64,000 bases of DNA from Betaproteobacteria bacterium. Its GTDB lineage: Bacteria > Pseudomonadota > Gammaproteobacteria > Burkholderiales > Burkholderiaceae_D. The position numbers were made by a program, and so were the translations under genes. The DNA is taken from contig JANXTA010000084.1 of assembly GCA_025356395.1 (NCBI GenBank), positions 14,659 through 78,658 of the forward strand, written 5' to 3'. Shown in pieces: positions 62,319 to 64,000 of the stretch; within the stretch, counting starts at the first letter, position 1, and each line of letters starts with the position of its first letter. Under the pieces are notes generated by a model, which saw only the letters and a program-made list of their open reading frames with translations, ran no database searches and was not told the DNA's origin.

Positions 62319-64000
62319 TGGTCAATTCCTCGAAGTCGTTCGCGTTCCGCTGTGTGGCGACTTTGTTCGCTCTCGGCCTCGCGGCCTGTTCACAATTTCC
62401 GGTGTCGGTAATTCCAGTGCCGCTTCGCCCCGCAGCACATCCGGAGACGACCTCCGCCGTCGCGCCGGCGGAGGAGGCGAGCCGTGAAATCACGATCGCG
62501 AAGGTTGCGGCGCCCCCGTTTCCCGCGTCCGCCGATGCCGTGCGCTCCTCCAGCACCCCGCCCCTGTCGAATCGCCTGAGCGACGCGACCATCTCGTTCA
62601 CGTTCCAGCAGCTCGCGTTGCCCCAATTCGCGCAGCTCGTCTACGGCACGATCCTCAAGCGGGCGGTGACGTTCGACCCGGCTGTCGCCGCACGCACCGA
62701 TCTCGTCACGATTCGGACCGGCAAGCCCCAGACTCCCGCGGAAATCGAACAGATCACGCGCGCACTGCTCAAGAGCTACGGCGTAGCGGTGATCGAGACG
62801 GGAAGCTTCGTACGGATCGTGCCGGACGCAGCGGCCCTGGGCTATTCGCCGTTGATCAAACGCGGACGCGCACTGCCCGAAACGCCTGAAGCCCTACGTC
62901 CCGTCTTTCAGCTGATCGAGATGCAGGCAGTGCCGGTGCAGCAGGCGACGGGCCAGCTGCGATTGATGTTCGGCTCACGTATCCAGATCTTGGACGACGT
63001 GCCGCGTAACGCGGTGCTGATCGGGGGCCAGGGCGACGACATCGCTGCGGTCATCGAGGCAATCCGGGTGCTTGACCAGCCTCTGATGAAAGGCCGCAAC
63101 GCGATCAAGATCACACCGGTGTACTGGTCGGTGGAAGATCTGTCTCGCCGGATCGGCGAGTTGTTGTCTGCACAGGGATATGCCGTGAGCAATCCTGCCA
63201 TCCAAGGCCAGACCGGCCCGATCCAACTCGTTCCCATCCCGGCGATCAACACGCTCTTCGTGTTCGCCGTCGATCCGAAGCTGGCGGACTACGTCTCGCA
63301 ATGGGCCAAGGAACTCGACCGTCCATCGAGTCGTGGAACGGGTGCGGGATACTTCACCTATCCGGTCAAGCACATCGACGCAGAGTCCCTCGCCAAGACC
63401 ATTCAGGCCCTGATTGATGGAGCTCCTGCATCAGCGACCACGACGACCAACTCGACGCAAACCGGTGCGGCGGGCCAGATCCAGGCCGGAACCACTGCAC
63501 CGCGCCGCTCGAGGGTTGTCGTCAACGCGGCGAGCAACACACTCATCTTCCAGGGGAGCGCCGAGGAATATGCGCAATGGATCGGACTGTTGCAGGAACT
63601 CGATCGCCCCGCGAAGTCAGCGCTGGTGGAAGTGACAGTCGCCGAGATCACCCTCGACGACAGCACGCAGCTCGGGGTGCAGTGGTACAACCTTTTTCGC
63701 AACGGGACCAACATCGCATCGCTGGGCGGCGCCGCCCTCGGGCTGCTGCCGAACGTCAACGCCGCGGGGTTCACCTTCACCCGTGTCGATAGTGCAGGAC
63801 AGGTGCGGGCGGCGATCAACCTTCTCGCGTCGACGGGCAAGGCGCGCGTGCTGTCGACGCCGCGCATCATGGCGCGCAACGGCGAGACGGCGACTATTCA
63901 GGTGGGTCAGGAAATTCCGATCGTCACGAGCAACCTCAGCAATGCCAATACTGGCGGCGTTGGCGGGGTCCTTCAGACGATCCAGTACCGCAGCACCGGC
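62318..64000 (+). CDS. gspD: Type II secretion secretin GspD, lipoprotein-type signal peptide (3' end beyond the window)
   Basis: ATG 62318 overlaps the preceding stop (TGATG), and the frame stays open for 561 codons to the window edge. The N-terminus MVNSSKSFAFRCVATLFALGLAAC has a LAAC lipobox. N0-type domain (FAQLVYGTILKRAVTFDP) and secretin core (ALVEVTVAEITLDD, VLSTPRIMARNGETATIQVGQEIPIVT). Confidence 0.85.
   Translation, partial: MVNSSKSFAFRCVATLFALGLAACSQFPVSVIPVPLRPAAHPETTSAVAPAEEASREITIAKVAAPPFPASADAVRSSSTPPLSNRLSDATISFTFQQLALPQFAQLVYGTILKRAVTFDPAVAARTDLVTIRTGKPQTPAEIEQITRALLKSYGVAVIETGSFVRIVPDAAALGYSPLIKRGRALPETPEALRPVFQLIEMQAVPVQQATGQLRLMFGSRIQILDDVPRNAVLIGGQGDDIAAVIEAIRVLDQPLMKGRNAIKITPVYWSVEDLSRRIGELLSAQGYAVSNPAIQGQTGPIQLVPIPAINTLFVFAVDPKLADYVSQWAKELDRPSSRGTGAGYFTYPVKHIDAESLAKTIQALIDGAPASATTTTNSTQTGAAGQIQAGTTAPRRSRVVVNAASNTLIFQGSAEEYAQWIGLLQELDRPAKSALVEVTVAEITLDDSTQLGVQWYNLFRNGTNIASLGGAALGLLPNVNAAGFTFTRVDSAGQVRAAINLLASTGKARVLSTPRIMARNGETATIQVGQEIPIVTSNLSNANTGGVGGVLQTIQYRSTG

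Noticed and set aside
1-64000. Scan for CRISPR repeats, tRNA/rRNA genes, IS elements, integrases, toxin-antitoxin pairs and known defence-system hallmarks
   Set aside because: I saw no regularly spaced direct repeats, no transposase/integrase/recombinase-like translations, no phage structural genes and no small paired ORFs of TA type. Intergenic regions are short except 53506..54107. A visual scan cannot exclude small ncRNAs.

Overview
This is a 64-kb chromosomal segment from a high-GC Gram-negative bacterium. Gene content suggests a betaproteobacterium, possibly Burkholderiales, but that is inference only. About 55 protein-coding genes are supportable. I found no rRNA, tRNA, CRISPR array, transposase, integrase or phage genes. 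Layout: (i) 1-24 kb is mixed housekeeping: tldD 3' end, an OpgC-type acyltransferase with two secreted SGNH proteins, S9 peptidase, ABC-2 exporter, ergothioneine egtD-egtB, a DUF427/dihaem/trihaem cytochrome c operon, rhlE, rarD, srkA-like kinase, pirin, SIMPL, DUF2807, a GGDEF cyclase, tcdA, chaC-like and hsp20. (ii) 24-34 kb holds LPS core and precursor genes: waaA, waaC, a GT2, a UDP-GlcA 4-epimerase-like gene, algC-type PMM/PGM and rfbBACD. (iii) 34-40.7 kb is translationally coupled to rfbBACD and encodes an ABC-transporter-dependent polysaccharide pathway: wzm, wzt with a C-terminal extension, a 1087-aa methyltransferase-methyltransferase-coiled-coil-GT4 fusion, and a second GT4. (iv) 40.7-51.8 kb is a convergent minus-strand operon with three paralogous GT-C-like membrane proteins, a methyltransferase with a regulatory domain, a DPM1-like GT2 fused to a methyltransferase, and a UPF0104 flippase-like protein. 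(v) 52-53.5 kb is a separately terminated gene for a 503-aa Cys-free, Thr/Ser/Ala/Gly-rich secreted protein. (vi) 54.1-64 kb is a type II secretion operon, gspE-F-G-H-I-J-K-L-M-C-D, with MshEN-type c-di-GMP motifs in GspE and a lipoprotein-type secretin that runs off the window. The most interesting reading is that (iii)-(vi) form one surface-glycoconjugate island. It would combine a capped, ruler-controlled rhamnose-containing glycan, an unusually expanded lipid-carrier-dependent periplasmic glycosylation/methylation module, and an S-layer-like cargo protein with its own T2SS. All functional calls rest on motif recognition by eye in the supplied translations; no database search was run.
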